A stretch of DNA of 64,000 bases from Trichosphaerium sp. ATCC 40318 (GCA_038496445.1 JALMLS010000368.1:124001-188000), one strand, 5' to 3'. Shown: positions 51,540 through 64,000, numbered from the stretch's first letter. The notes: generated by a model from the letters alone, not told the origin. Numbers and translations are program-made.

Positions 51540-52822
51540 ATGGGTTGTGGAAACAGTAAAGGGAATAAAAGCAAAGGTAAACACCGCTCAAAACTGATAG
51601 ACAGTATTTTTGACGCTTTGAACACTACAATTCTGTTGAAAGCACCCAGTGATCAAGTGCGGGCAGTTTTGGTTTCACTCCGTTGTCGCTTTGCCCTTCG
51701 TACGTAATCTTACCACCAAAGGCCTAGGCTCTTCTGCTCTCAACGTGAGTGGATCTACTTCGAAGCGACCTCCAGCAGGAAACAACAAATCATCCAATCC
51801 TGAATAGTACAGCCCCTTTGGTGTAATCTAGTCTCACATCTTGCTAGTGATTACTTATTCAAGCTTCTACTCATTGGCGATTCAGGCGTAGGAAAGAGTA
51901 GTTTGCTGCTTCGATTTGCAGACAATACCTTTACAGAATCATTCATCAGCACCATCGGTGTCGACTTTGTACGTAGTAGACGTTCCCTTCTATTTTGGCG
52001 TTCAAATTGTATTTTTAAACCAGCCTTTGGACTAGTTTTGGGTTTGCGGCAACACACTTCAACACAGAAATCTTTTTTTTTATTTTTTTTTCACACGCCT
52101 AACGTGTCTTTTTCTCCGCAATTTGCGTCGAGCCGACCTTGATCACGCTGTAATTAACCCTTCCTTTGTAGAAAATTAGAACCATTGAGATTGATGGAAC
52201 CACTGTTAAGTTGCAAATCTGGGATACAGCTGGTGCGTTATCGCGTCGGGCGAGAATTTCTTTTTTTGCTGTTTTGTATTTGGTTTTTTGGCTGGCAACT
52301 TCGTGTGGCGTTGTTTATTTTTGACGTGACAGTGTCCTTGGTTGTTTTTGCAATGACTAGTGAACCACAATATCCTTACAATGTTTTTAGGTCAAGAGCG
52401 ATTCCGTACAATTACGTCCAGTTACTACAGAGGCGCCCACGGTATCATTGTTGTTTACGATATTACCAATCACGAAACCTTCCACAATGTACAAAAGTGG
52501 CTCCAAGAAATTGACAGATACGCATGTGAAAACGTACACAAATTGCTTGTTGGTAATAAGTGTGATCTCGTCAACGAACGTAAAGTCGCCTACGACAGTG
52601 CCAAGGAATTTGCTGATCAACTCAGTCTCATCTTTTTGGAGACTTCTGCCAAAAACTCAACCAATGGTACGATTTATATTGTTTGTCGGGTTTTTTTTTT
52701 TTTTTCTTGCTGTTCCAAGTGAACCCCTACTGCACTGTGTTCTTTTTCTGACTCGTGGTTTTTTAGTTGAAGAAGCATTTACCAAAATGGCCTCCGCCAT
52801 CAGAGATAAATTGGAAGAGTAG
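51540..52822 (+). CDS. Rab1-like small GTPase with N-terminal MGCGNSK motif and no C-terminal Cys motif
   Basis: Six exons give [12 protein letters not shown]|[27 protein letters not shown]|[17 protein letters not shown]...TIGVDF|KIRT...WDTAG|[17 protein letters not shown]...NKCD...ETSAK...|[17 protein letters not shown]. Confidence 0.9.
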
Positions 52823-53114
52823 AGTAGCCCGTACTTTTAACTTGACATACTACCTCCTCTCCTCACTCTTTCGTACATTTAACAATGGAACAATTTCGTA
52901 CATAAATTGTAGATTATTTTTACTTATTTCGCCCCCTTTCATTTGTTTTAGCGCACAAGTAAACGTTTTTTTGAAATCTAGATTTTGATGCATTTTTTTT
53001 TTTTGCTGTTGCTACACAAGTTTTTTGTTTATTTTACATTTTCCCTTTATTTTTCGTTCCCAAATATTGAGTGGTTTTATAATTATCCCTTTTGAATAGT
53101 TTGCAACGCTTTTA

Positions 53115-54449
53115 TCAAAACATACTTGAATGCCTGTGTCTACCAGTCTGGGCGTGTTGTATGGTGTCTGGCTCCTCTTGGTTGTTTAGCTTGTTGAATT
53201 GCCTCTCTGGACCATACGACACGTTATATTGAAGGCCTGCGTCTGTGGGCAAGGCATTCGCACGTGCTACCAGCGCCAAAACCTCCCAGGCCTCTGAGTT
53301 GTCGACTTGAGTGGCATTGCGCATTATCTTTATTTGACCGTCAGCGTTGAACATGGCGATGGGCGTAGCGACACGGTGTAGCGTCAGTTCCGATAGTCTC
53401 AGGCGTGTGTAGTGAAATAGGTTGTGCTTGATGGCGTCCATTACGTCGTACCAGTCGGCGTCATCGTCTTTTTTGCACCACTCGCAAATACGTTGTATGT
53501 CTTTGAATGGAATCTCAACGTTAAGTCGCTGAATGTTGGCCGTGCTGGGGAGGCTGTATCTGAGCAGTCATTAGCTAATTGGCCAAGTATTTTGTACAAT
53601 GACATGTTCTTATTTTTTCCTGATTAAAATCGAGTGTCATGTGTGCGTACAAGAGTTGAGCGCCATTACGCTGTGGTGGAAGAGACGTTGCCCAAACCAA
53701 TAGTCTAAGAGTAATGCATTAGGAGGAGGTTACGTTGTATTTGCTGTACGGCACCTGTTGGCAATAGCATTGAGCTGGTAGGGTGGCAGCTTGAATGGCA
53801 GCCAAAAGCAATCAAACATTTTCTCGAACCACTCAATTACGGCTGCTGATACAATCTGGGGGATAGGTTAGTGTTTTGCACGACGATTTATGAAGGAACT
53901 AGCCTTGTTGCCTCGGACCATGCCAAATTGTGTGATGTTCTGATCTAACAGGTGCCTTTCAGAAACGTCCTTCACTTGCTCTAGCGTCTTGTCGCCGTAT
54001 TGTATATCGCATATGACAACAGTTGCTCTATGTTCTATCAATTTGTTTGCGAGGTGTTGGATGTCACGTACAGTTGTGCGCCATCCGCAAATACCGCCAC
54101 TTCACTCGCGCTTGATTCTAGGTTTCGTTGGCGTGAAATTTCACGTGGTTTTTAACGTACGTTGGTTGGGAGACGCATGTAATGTCCACGACATGTCAAT
54201 TTGAGCTGAACGGTCTAGGTTTAGCGCTGACTTAACGTGTACCGTGCTAGATTCAACATATTGAAGCTTGCACTGCTTTGGGTTAAAGTTTTGCAATTGA
54301 GCGCGGAAAAGCCTCCAAGATTTACCACATATAACCTCTGAGTAACGTTAGCGCGTAACATGGCAATTATTGCGCCGATTAACGCATTGATGTAACTATT
54401 TGACATCGTACCCTCAAATATACGCTCGTAGTCGCTATCTTCGCTCATA
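53115..54449 (-). CDS. Uncharacterized spliced protein
   Basis: ORF pieces 54221-54457 and 53115-53441 plus intervening exons with splice signals. No family was recognised. Confidence 0.5.
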
Positions 54450-54729
54450 CGTTGCAATTTGTGGCATACAATTGAAATTGTAGCTTAATGTAGGCTTGGC
54501 GACTCACGCTTAACAGCATTGGACTAGCTGTTCCTGAGGGACACAAGTACACAATTTTAAAAACGCCTAGTTGTTTACAGGGCGGTTGCGTGTATTTTAA
54601 TGATGATAATAATTACAAAACAATTTCAAAAATGGGCGCGCACAATGTACAAATTGCTGTGTTTGGCCAAACCAAAATAGTTGAGGGGGTAAGCAGTTAA
54701 AAGGTATGATATAAAACCCGTATGCTGCC

Positions 54730-55598
54730 TTATGACTTTTTAAACTCCATGAGTACAGGAAATATGCTCTCAAATGCGTCGTAGATGTCTTGTCTGTCCT
54801 ATGCACTTGGTCAGCCATTTAGATAATACACTTTCGGCCGCGTGTTGTTGTTGTTGTTACCCACCTTTGCTCCTGTCAAGACAACTTTGCCTGACACGAA
54901 TATAAGCAATACCACTTTTGGCTTTGCCATTCTGTAAATTAGTCCAGGGAACAGTTCTGGCTCATACTAATGGGATAATGAGCATCACACAATATGGTCA
55001 AGAGCAGTGTAGTGTCGTACGCTTGAGAATTTACTGTGATCCAAGGCAAGACCTTCGAGACGGATTGCAAATTTGACATCGCAAGATCCAACAATGTTTT
55101 GTAGTTTAAATTCGCTTTGACATGTTAGTGTCAATCAACAATACTCGTAACTGTACTTGAAGCTAGTTGAGAAGCCAATCTTCTGTATTATACGCGCATA
55201 TTTCCTGGCAGCGTACTTTGATCTGTCTTCTGAACGCGCACCTGTGATCACCTACAACCGTAAGATGTTGGCCCATAAGCGTTGTATTGTTTTTGTACCA
55301 TTTTACCTGACGCAAAGATGAGCGCCGTTGTTTTAGGTCTACGGATTCTCATAATAACCGCCGCGAACCGCTATACGCAGTAAGACGTTATGTAGCGCAT
55401 TGACAGGTACCTTTGGGTTGTATTCAGCGTTTCTTGCCATCATTGCTATCTTTTTACAATCCAATTGTGTCCCCAGGTTAACCGTTGATACGACATTCCT
55501 TTAATTGTGCCTTAGGGATTATAAGAAGGAGTAGCGTACTGTATTTCTGGAATTATGCCAGAAGGATGTTTTGAATTGCTGGCAGACTCAACCGACAT
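54730..55598 (-). CDS. TBP: TATA-box-binding protein
   Basis: [12 protein letters not shown]; [36 protein letters not shown]; [18 protein letters not shown]; [33 protein letters not shown]. Confidence 0.97.
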
Positions 55599-55721
55599 TT
55601 ATGTACATAAAAAACGTACATAAATTGTTTGACTAGACTGTTTTTGGTTGCGGGCCTGACTTAATAATTTTGAACATTAAATTACACAAACATACGTTAT
55701 AAACAGTTGAATTCCGCCATT

Positions 55722-58188
55722 ATGTCTGGCGATAGGCCAGCACCGTTTGTGTTCTCGTCCAGTGACAGCAATCTCAATTCAACGCCAATTGAGACAACAG
55801 CCGATGTTGCAGACGCACCTGAGCAACAAGAGGCAATAGATAGCGCTGCACCTGCTCAGCCAAAAGAAGATGATGCTGAAGACGCCAATGAGGACGACGA
55901 GTCCGAGGAGGAGGAAGAAATAGACCTCGATGGCGAAGACGAGGAAGTAGACACTCGGCGCGATAAAATAGATCAAAAAAAGAAAACTTGGTGGTTTGTA
56001 TTTGAGGTCAAACCAAGCGAAACAACGGTCGTAGATTGGGAAGAATTGAAGGAATCAGAGCTTTCTGGGAAGGAGGGAAACGAGGTTACAATTTTATTTT
56101 ACACGCAACAAATAGGCGCTCGCACGCCTCAAATTTTACCCTACATACCGTCTCTATTGAAAACGAGCGTAAAATGAAGGCTAGGGGCCACTGTTTCATT
56201 TTTGTTTTTTCATTTTTATCAAAACGACCCCCATTTTAAAGTACTAGCAGGAAATGGACGATTACGCCCTTGGAAATTTAACAGTCAATCGGATGACAGG
56301 GTTAATTCAAAAAATTGAGGTACTAGCACAAAACAACTATTTGGTCACAAAAATGCAAAATGTTCGCATATAAAATTGCTCTTGAAGTTTTTGCCAACAT
56401 TACAAAAATTTTAATAATTTCCCTATTTCATCTAACCCGACATCTTAGGTGTACGGTGAAAGCGAGATGCGTGGCATGGGTTACGATTTAGATGATGGTT
56501 TTATTGATGTATCAGAGCTGGTAAATGCTTTTTTGGTTAAATAATCGTCTAATCACCCAACACCCCAACAACCCGTAAAGCCATCATCGCAGCAAACTGA
56601 CATCACTTGTAGCAAGCAGCAGAGAGGCAAGAGGATGTCGACACAAAATACACTGGCTGGTATATTAACGCTGGCGACCTGGAAGTGCGAAAGAGGTACT
56701 TCAACACGTTTTTTTTGAAAAGCTGAACTTGTATTGGCAATTCCACTTTTGGGTTTTTTTTTTTATTGTTCGTGGGGTGGTGGTGATGGCTAACAAAATG
56801 GTTAGGAAACGTGATGACGAACTAGTACAGGGTACACCCAAGAAGAAGAGACGAAAAGCATCTGCGACGCCCAAAGCCAAAACAGCTGCTCCTGATGAAA
56901 AGCCTTCAAAGGAGGCACTCGAATTGGAAGAATTACAAAACAAGTTCAAGTCAGACCTCGACTTTCAGAGTGCGCACTCCCAAGACTTGTTTTTTCTTTG
57001 CGCTATGCATCTTAACCATGGCAATAGAGGAGCTTGAGCGACTTACAAAGGAAATCAACACGCGCAAGAGCCAACTCAAGCAAACGATTGAAGTGCGTGT
57101 TGGACAGATCAATGATAGGGTAAAGGAGCGCATTGCAAACGCCACCACAAACGGTGCCAAGCTGACTGACAGGGACAGCAAACTAAAGTGGACATGGACA
57201 TCCGAGGCCAAAGCTTTAGTGTTCGACTCTGTTCGGCTTCATCGCACCTTAGTCATGACACACAAAGCCAAAAGGCAAGCAGAATATCATACCTGAATAG
57301 TGTTTTTGTCCGACTAACTCCTTCCTAGGCTACACACCATCAAGGATTCAGGAAGTACAGAAGAGAAGGACTTGAATTGTAGGACTGAAACGTCCAAGTT
57401 TTACACGGAGGTACTATTATTAATTCAGCCTCTTTCTTGTTTTTACCCTTTTTTTGTTTTGGCTCCTCAGCCCTCCCTCACTTTATCTATAGTTGCGTCA
57501 GTATTGGCCAGAAAGTATGATGACAAATTCCAAGTTGCGTGGTATCATAGCGTCAATGAAGAGAAAGATAGAAGACGACAAGAAAAAAGCAGAGGAGAAG
57601 CTCAAAGCGCAACAACAATTGGCTGCAGACCTGGCCAAGAATGGTGCAACCCAAAACGCAGGCAGTCACCAGGATAAAACACATGCTGCGCCACAAACTG
57701 GAGCCAACACTGGCACTGGTCATATGCAGCCCCGCCCTGGGAATCAGCACATTGCACAACAATCGCCACAACACCATCCAACCGTGTCTGGACCTACGGG
57801 TGGGCAGGCTATGCCGCGACCACTTCAAGGTGTATTTTCAGCCAAGAGCCCGTTCCGTTCTGGCGTGGCTGCAACAGCGACAATGCCGATGCATCCGCCT
57901 CAAATGCAACAAAATGCAGTGTCGCCACAAACGTTTTTTCATTATGACACGCACATGTCTACTACTCCTGCCGCCATTCCTAACTTACCAAATCCAACGA
58001 ATCTGTCTCCTTCTCCGCCCTCCACACCGTACACTGGTGTACCCGGATTCAATTCGCCTTCACTGACCTACCACCATCATGGCATGCAGATGAATGCCAC
58101 ACAGAGACAATACTACAGTCCACCCCAACCTTTTGTTGTTGGCGACCAGACCAGATTGAAGCTCAACAATAGTAGTACTACCCAGTAG
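55722..58188 (+). CDS. Ubinuclein/Hpc2/Yemanuclein-like HIRA-complex subunit (HUN/HRD domain)
   Basis: Acidic N-terminus; GMGYDLDDGFIDVSEL...TGWYINAGDLE (HRD pattern YD..D.FID.SE...GFYIN.G.L); Pro/Gln-rich tail. Confidence 0.75.
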
Positions 58189-58247
58189 AAATAAATACCC
58201 GCCCTAATTAACAAACACGCTTTTGATAGAAATTGGAATCCACATTT

Positions 58248-59938
58248 TTAGTGGTTGTATAATACAAGTACATGTTTATGCACACAATCGCTTGGTGCAC
58301 TGTGCAAGAAGTCTAAAGAGGTCCAAGTTAACAACAAACTTTGGATAAAAAGGAGCTGTGGTTACCTTTGGTGAGCCCTTCTAGGGCTTGTTGAAAATGC
58401 GCGCCAGTCCCATCTGTAGTCAGGATGTAAGTGTGCTAACACGCTGGGATACAAGGCCAACATGCCACCGCCACCACAGGCTGCAATGTGTTGACGAGAT
58501 ACGCGATACCTAACATGGACTGTCAGTCACTACAATTGCTCAAGGCGTGGTGATCCACGCACCAATCGGATGGAGATGAAACATTGTACATGTCACTTGT
58601 GTGTTTTAGGAATGCCACCACATTATCTGTATTGTGCCAGTGCCCGTATTCTCGACGGGGCATGACGCTAGGTTGCCTGGGCTTAAAGCACCAGGGGTGT
58701 TCTGGAAAGATTGTTTTGAGCGCGTTTTTTATTGACGTGCTGTGACTAGATAAAAACACTGTTACTCGACTGCTACTGGTGAACGTTCCTTACCGTATTG
58801 TGAAGCCACCAGTCAGGTATTTAGACACTTGTTTGAACTTGACAGTGCGCCAGCCATCTAGACATGTTATGGACTCCTTCTCCGCTATGCTATCCAGTAA
58901 GGCGCGTTGGTTGGAGATGTTATCCCAGTAGTTTTTGGGTACTTTTCTAAAAGCTTTGTAGTTAGACTAGACAGAACATAGGTTACGCTTGTCAAACTGT
59001 GACTACTCACGTAAATTTGTCCAGTTGCCATTGTCGGTCTGGGAAAATGGTGGTAAGCGCTCGGCTCAGTGAACTTTTGTATCTACAGCTGTATTAGTTT
59101 CATTGGTTGCTGTGTGTGTTCACCTTTCTAATAAGCCTGCTGCCCCGTGGTTTGCCACATCCTGTCGGTTAAATTTGTACCAACCTCCTGTCGTCTTGAC
59201 ATCCAGACGTTCCGCGATTTTCTCAAACAACTCAGCTTGATTTTCTAGACTATCCCAGTGCCGTTGAGGTGGTTTACTGGGTGGTTAAACACCAATTAGC
59301 ATCTTGCAGTCATGTAAAAAAAAAAAGCAGCCGTGGTTGTACTTGAAGTCCGTAGAGCGCCAGACATGTTCAGGATACAGCATTTTGAGTGCCAAAACAA
59401 GGGATCCGTTGTAGTATCTAGGCGAGATTTGGTACTTGTGTAGCCGCATAAGTCGTACTTGTCCAACAATCCTTTGCCTCCATAAATCCCAATCTATACG
59501 ACACATTTAGCTTTCAGAGGTGATCAAAGGCGTGACCTGAGGGATAGTGACGTTGTGCCAGTCGTTTAAACCGCGTATACCTAATTTTTGAGCCAAATGT
59601 CGTTCAAAAAACCGTTTTTGGTTTGCAATGTCTGACCAGTAGCTGACGCGCACTCGATTGGTATTTTTGTAACAGCGCTGTTGTTCTTCGCTTATTTTGC
59701 CTTGTGATGTGTCAACATTGTACACAAATACTTAATACGCCGTGTTTACCCCTGTACGTAGGTTTCTTGCGTGAACGCAAGAAGGAAGCTCTCATTTCTC
59801 GTGTATTTCACTACAACGCATAGTAATGCGCTAGTGTCGTACTCGCTAGGCCGTTTATGATCATTTGACTTGGTAAGAAGGAATGTGGTGTTTGTGTAGT
59901 TAAAGTTGATAAAAGTCATTCCGCGCCGACTTCTTCAT
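58248..59938 (-). CDS. Protein of about 4 tandem Trp-rich ~75-aa repeats (W.D..NQ..F...L.I....DW..V...Y..SL..AL...PEH.W); ends approximate
   Basis: YWSDIANQKRFF...LGIRGLNDWHNV; HWDSLENQAELF; YWDNISNQRALL; HWHNTDNVVAFL...SDW; SLVLALKMLYPEHVW; SIKNALKTIFPEHPW. Confidence 0.65.
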
Positions 59939-59987
59939 TACCAAGGGTAACACAGCTTTTATTTCATTTTTATACAACACAGTGGGG

Positions 59988-62900
59988 TTACGTTGGTGTG
60001 ATGGAAAGCTTTGACATGCGTTCATTGTTTTGGTACTCGGCTTCACAGTGCAATACACCAGCTACAGACATACCTAACCCAAGTGGATTAGCAACATTTT
60101 CAGAAGAAAAAAACTCCAGTAATCGTACCATGTGCTATATCAGCGTGAGTGATGATGAATACCTTCTCTAGTCTTCCTGCCATCTCGAAAAGGAGCGATT
60201 GTACAGCTTGTCTACCGTGACTATCGAGTGAATCGAATACTTCATCAAGCATGATGAACTTTGGGTTATAGCCGGATCGAAGCCTTACAAGATCAAACAA
60301 CGCGAACAATACTGCTAGATCGGTACGCTTACGTTCACCGCCTGAACGTTTACTAAAGAAACCGGTAAGAAATGTGGAGCAATAGCCAAGTATGCGCGTA
60401 CCTGTAACTCTCTTCAATCTCTAAATCAGCTGTCAAAGTCACCGTCAAGTCCTCTCCAGGAGACAAGATAGCGGCGTAGTTGTCCAAGATTTGATTTAAC
60501 TGTTTCACTTCATTTTGAAAGACAAAGGATCGAAGGGTTTGAAGACCGACTGATGACTTTGCTTTTCTGTCCATTGCAAGTTCCCAGAAACGTACAAGTT
60601 TCCATTGATGTTCGAGTTCTTCCAACTGAGCTGTGAGTTCTTCGGACTTGACTTGATTGCTCTCGTGCTCAAGAGCCATACTCTCAAGCTCTTTATTGAG
60701 CGTTGCTGCTTCTGTTTGTGCACGAATAAGCTTCTCTTTGACTGCCTTTGTGTCCTTGTTGTAGCTTTGCTCGAGTTGCAAGAGCTCATTCTCCATCTTC
60801 ACAATCTTTATCTCTTGGTCTTTACTGGCACGTTGTGACTCGAACCACTCGTTCTCAAGATGTTGTTGATCAAGTTTGGCCTTGTATAACTGAGCCTGTA
60901 TCGCATCGTTCGTCATTTTGACCCAATCCTTGAATGCAATGATTTGCGCCTTTGGTGGTTGTGTGGCTATGTCGGTATCTGGTCCTTTTGCAAAATCTGG
61001 CAAAGGAATGGCGTCAATTTTTGCTTTTACATTGCCCAAGATCTGGTGGATGTGTTCCTCTGATATCTTTTGTCCACAGTGCCCGCATTTATCCTTTCCA
61101 GATGTGCTAGCCAATGCATTTAGCTCGTATTGCACCTAACACAAAAGTTATGTATACGATCTGATTAAACCCGTACCGTCTTTAATTGGTCTTTTGGCTC
61201 TTTTAAGCTATTTTCTACGTCGTTATTTTTTGGTGGTCTGTCCATCTTGACAATGTCTCCCTTTTGTTTCATGTCGTCTTGCAGTTGTTTCTTCTTCTGA
61301 TCGACCTGTTTCTTTATCTCATCCTTTTTATCTTGGAATGAAGACATCTCCGCCTTGAACTCATTGATATCTGTAGACAGCTTCACAATCTTGCCATGTA
61401 TCAGCTTTGACTTGTTCGTGTTTTCTTCAATAGAATTCTTGATGTGCTTCAAGTCGTTAGTCATAAGACTCAACTTTTTGTCCTTCTCTTGTCGCTCCTT
61501 TTTGGCAATGTCATGGTACACCTCCAGTTTTTCAAGACCGAGAGTTTCTTCTATGATAGAACGGCGCTGGTCTCGTGTTCCAGAAACAAAGTTGTTAATA
61601 ATGTTCTGGCCTAGTACTACCGACTTGGAGAAAGTGTCAAAATCTATTCCAAGAGTGCTACAAAATAGTTAATACCATGGTTTGGTAGAGTAGCTGTACC
61701 TGTTCAAATGGCGTTGCGTGTGTCTCAACTCGCCTTTAGTCATCGAGGTTACGATCAAGTCATTGTCGTCGGTGGATTGGGTTTCCCAATCATCGATTTT
61801 GAAGACTGTTACCTCGTCACTTTTACCTAGCTTGAGTCAGAAGACACGTATACATATAGGAGCAACAAACTCGTTGCCACTGTTACTGACCTTTTCTTCG
61901 CTGCCTCCTTATAACTGTGCCGTTGTTGTATGCAAGTTCAACAAGACAGTGTGAGTTATAGTCGTTTATGGCATAGTCCTTGCGTAGGCCTGATCGCAAA
62001 AAATCTCCAAACTGACAAAACACTAAATGTGGTATGAGCGACACTTACCATGGTTGTTTGCGTTTTGTAGTACCTATAGCTTCAAATATTGTAGACTTTC
62101 CAGCACCGTTGTCACCCTCAATCAACCACACGCCATTGGGCATGTCAGATAACGGGATCTCCATGCGACCGTTGATACCGAGGAAGTTCTCTATTACCAA
62201 GTATCTAAGGGATGCATCGAAGATTTCATCGCCTTTTTCTACAGACTCACCAGCTCTCTCAAGGATATCTCCTGCTTTTTCTAGTAGTTCCTTACAAAAT
62301 AGAGGATCTTGTAGGGCTATTTGCCATTCTGTTGCCTTGATCGAGAGTTCGTCCTTCTTTAGATGCTCCAAGAATTTTTCTATGAGCTTTCCCATATCCC
62401 TATCTTGCACTTCCTCGTCTGTTGGATCAGCCGGAACCTGCTTTTGCATCATCTTGTCCAGGGTAATCCTTGGTAAAGTAAGTTGATGCGCTCTTTTATA
62501 GGCTAGAAACATACCTCTTTTGAACACCTAAAGCACCAAGCTTTACTAGATTATTCTTATATTTATCATGTGTTGTTGGTGCTATGTGTTCGTTGTACTA
62601 ATCCTCATGTTACGCGTAATTCTCTATAATAAGAAATACAGTAAAGTGTTGGTGGGTACCTCAATGGAGACAAATGCGTCACGGAACATGTCAGGTTCCT
62701 TTTTAAGCATATAAGGTAGGTCGTCTTCATTCACTTTGATAAACTGGGAATATGTAGGTGAGTTGTTTTTAGCTTTGAGAGTAACACTGGTTTACCTGAT
62801 TCGCCAATGGATTTTCGTGGTAGGCAATACGATCGTTATCTGGTGTGTATACAGCTATGCCACGTGTTTCACCTATTTCAGCCACCAAATTATTTTAAAT

Positions 62901-64000
62901 ATTGTTGTTGGTACAAAAACAAGAAACTAGTGCTTGCCTGCATCTCCGAAATTAAATTGCATTGGGGCACCAATATAAACAATGTCGTGCTTGAGTTCTT
63001 GGTACTACAGCCAGTGAGCAATAGACGTCAACTTCATTCCGTTGGGAGTGTATGTATGCAAGGTACCTGATGAAAGTGTCCAGAGAATGTCCGCTTGAAC
63101 GGTTTAAACGTTTTAGGAGCTACCTGACCTTTACATCTAGATTTGGAGTTTTGCATCGCTCCAGTTATTGCCAAGTGCCCAAAAACAACAGTGTTGTCAG
63201 CTTCGGTAGTGATCATTTCAAAGACAGCGTCTTCTATTTCTTGCGGATCCTCGTGCTGTAGCAATATACTCAGTTATACTAATGTAATAGCTTGTTCACT
63301 TACGTAAGGCACCATGATGGCTGGGTGATCACCAAGATCAATCGCTGCAGTTAAATGTCAGTAAAAAGTTTGACACAATTTCAATGAACCGTCACACTAT
63401 CGTGATGTGCACTCACAATACGGGACATTGTGACTTGCCTGTTATCTCCTTATACAGATTGATTTTGTCGTTTTCTTTCAAAGACTCCAACGTGAGGACA
63501 TCTACAATAATGAATGTTGTTATTTTGATAGATGCATTTTTTGAGGTATGCAATTTAACGCAAACAACAACAATTAACAACCAACTAACCAAGGGAAGAG
63601 ATAGCTCTACTCGTTTTCAAGTTCATATCATGATTGCCAAGAACGATGTGGATTGGTACTTTACACGTCTGTGACATTCTTTGCGGTTGGGCGTGAGTTT
63701 ACACATTATGTAGAGGTCACTCAACTTGCGTTTGTAACGTACTTGTCAAAAAATGAAATGGCTGCAGACTGAGCCTCCACACTAACTACCTCGCGCGTGT
63801 TGAGTGTGTCTATCCAGAGTGTAAGCGAGTTAGGGCTTTATTATCGAGCTAGTACCTCCTAAGCATACAATGGTATCCACGCGGGCTTTTTTAAACTCGT
63901 CAATCACCCTAGAAACTGTTACACCATTTGCGTAACCCTGTAGATGTACCAATCGCCTGTTGCTTTTATACGCGGTAATCCTTTGTCTTGGAAGTGAATG
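59988..64000 (-). CDS. Fused SbcD/Mre11-like metallophosphoesterase and SbcC/Rad50-like ABC ATPase; 5' end lies beyond the window
   Basis: Nuclease motifs VLGNHD, VFGHL, SGHFH, YIGAPMQFNFGD. ATPase motifs: Walker A GDNGAGKST, Q-loop VVLGQ, zinc hook CGHCGQ, signature RSGGE, Walker B MLDE, D-loop SLD, H-loop ITH. Exons join in phase between the two domains. Confidence 0.85.

Noticed and set aside
1-64000. tRNA, rRNA or prokaryotic operon features
   Set aside because: None was recognisable by eye, and all genes are spliced eukaryotic genes. tRNAscan/Infernal were not run, so small RNAs could be missed.

Overview
This is an intron-rich, compact eukaryotic nuclear region (about 40% GC; introns mostly 40-200 nt, GTAC/GTAA...YAG). 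It is probably from an amoeboid protist, but the taxon is an inference only. About 17 spliced genes were assembled by hand across introns. In order: a giant filamin/ABP-120-like protein with a novel exon-sized helical repeat, a mucin-EGF membrane protein, an LRR-CRIB-PAK kinase, a BRCT protein, a PARG-macrodomain plus ART-like fusion, transportin, a GLTP-like gene, a UBZ-VPS9 GEF, a Tse2-like ART, ETFA, ALDH8A1, cytochrome b5, a Rab1-like GTPase, an unknown gene, TBP, ubinuclein/Hpc2, a Trp-repeat protein and a fused SbcD/Mre11-SbcC/Rad50. An island of about 8 kb (38.7-46.5 kb) holds nested L1/Tx1-like LINE fragments and MITEs and is visibly CpG-depleted. Best leads: (1) a Rab1 paralog with no C-terminal prenylation cysteines but an N-terminal MGCGxSK acylation motif; (2) a single polypeptide joining an ADP-ribose eraser to a DarT-like writer; (3) an intron-containing prokaryote/virus-type Mre11-Rad50 fusion; (4) TE-restricted CpG decay; (5) the filamin helical repeats with a permuted Ig insert. 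Gene ends and exon boundaries were read by eye and some are approximate. No database searches were run.
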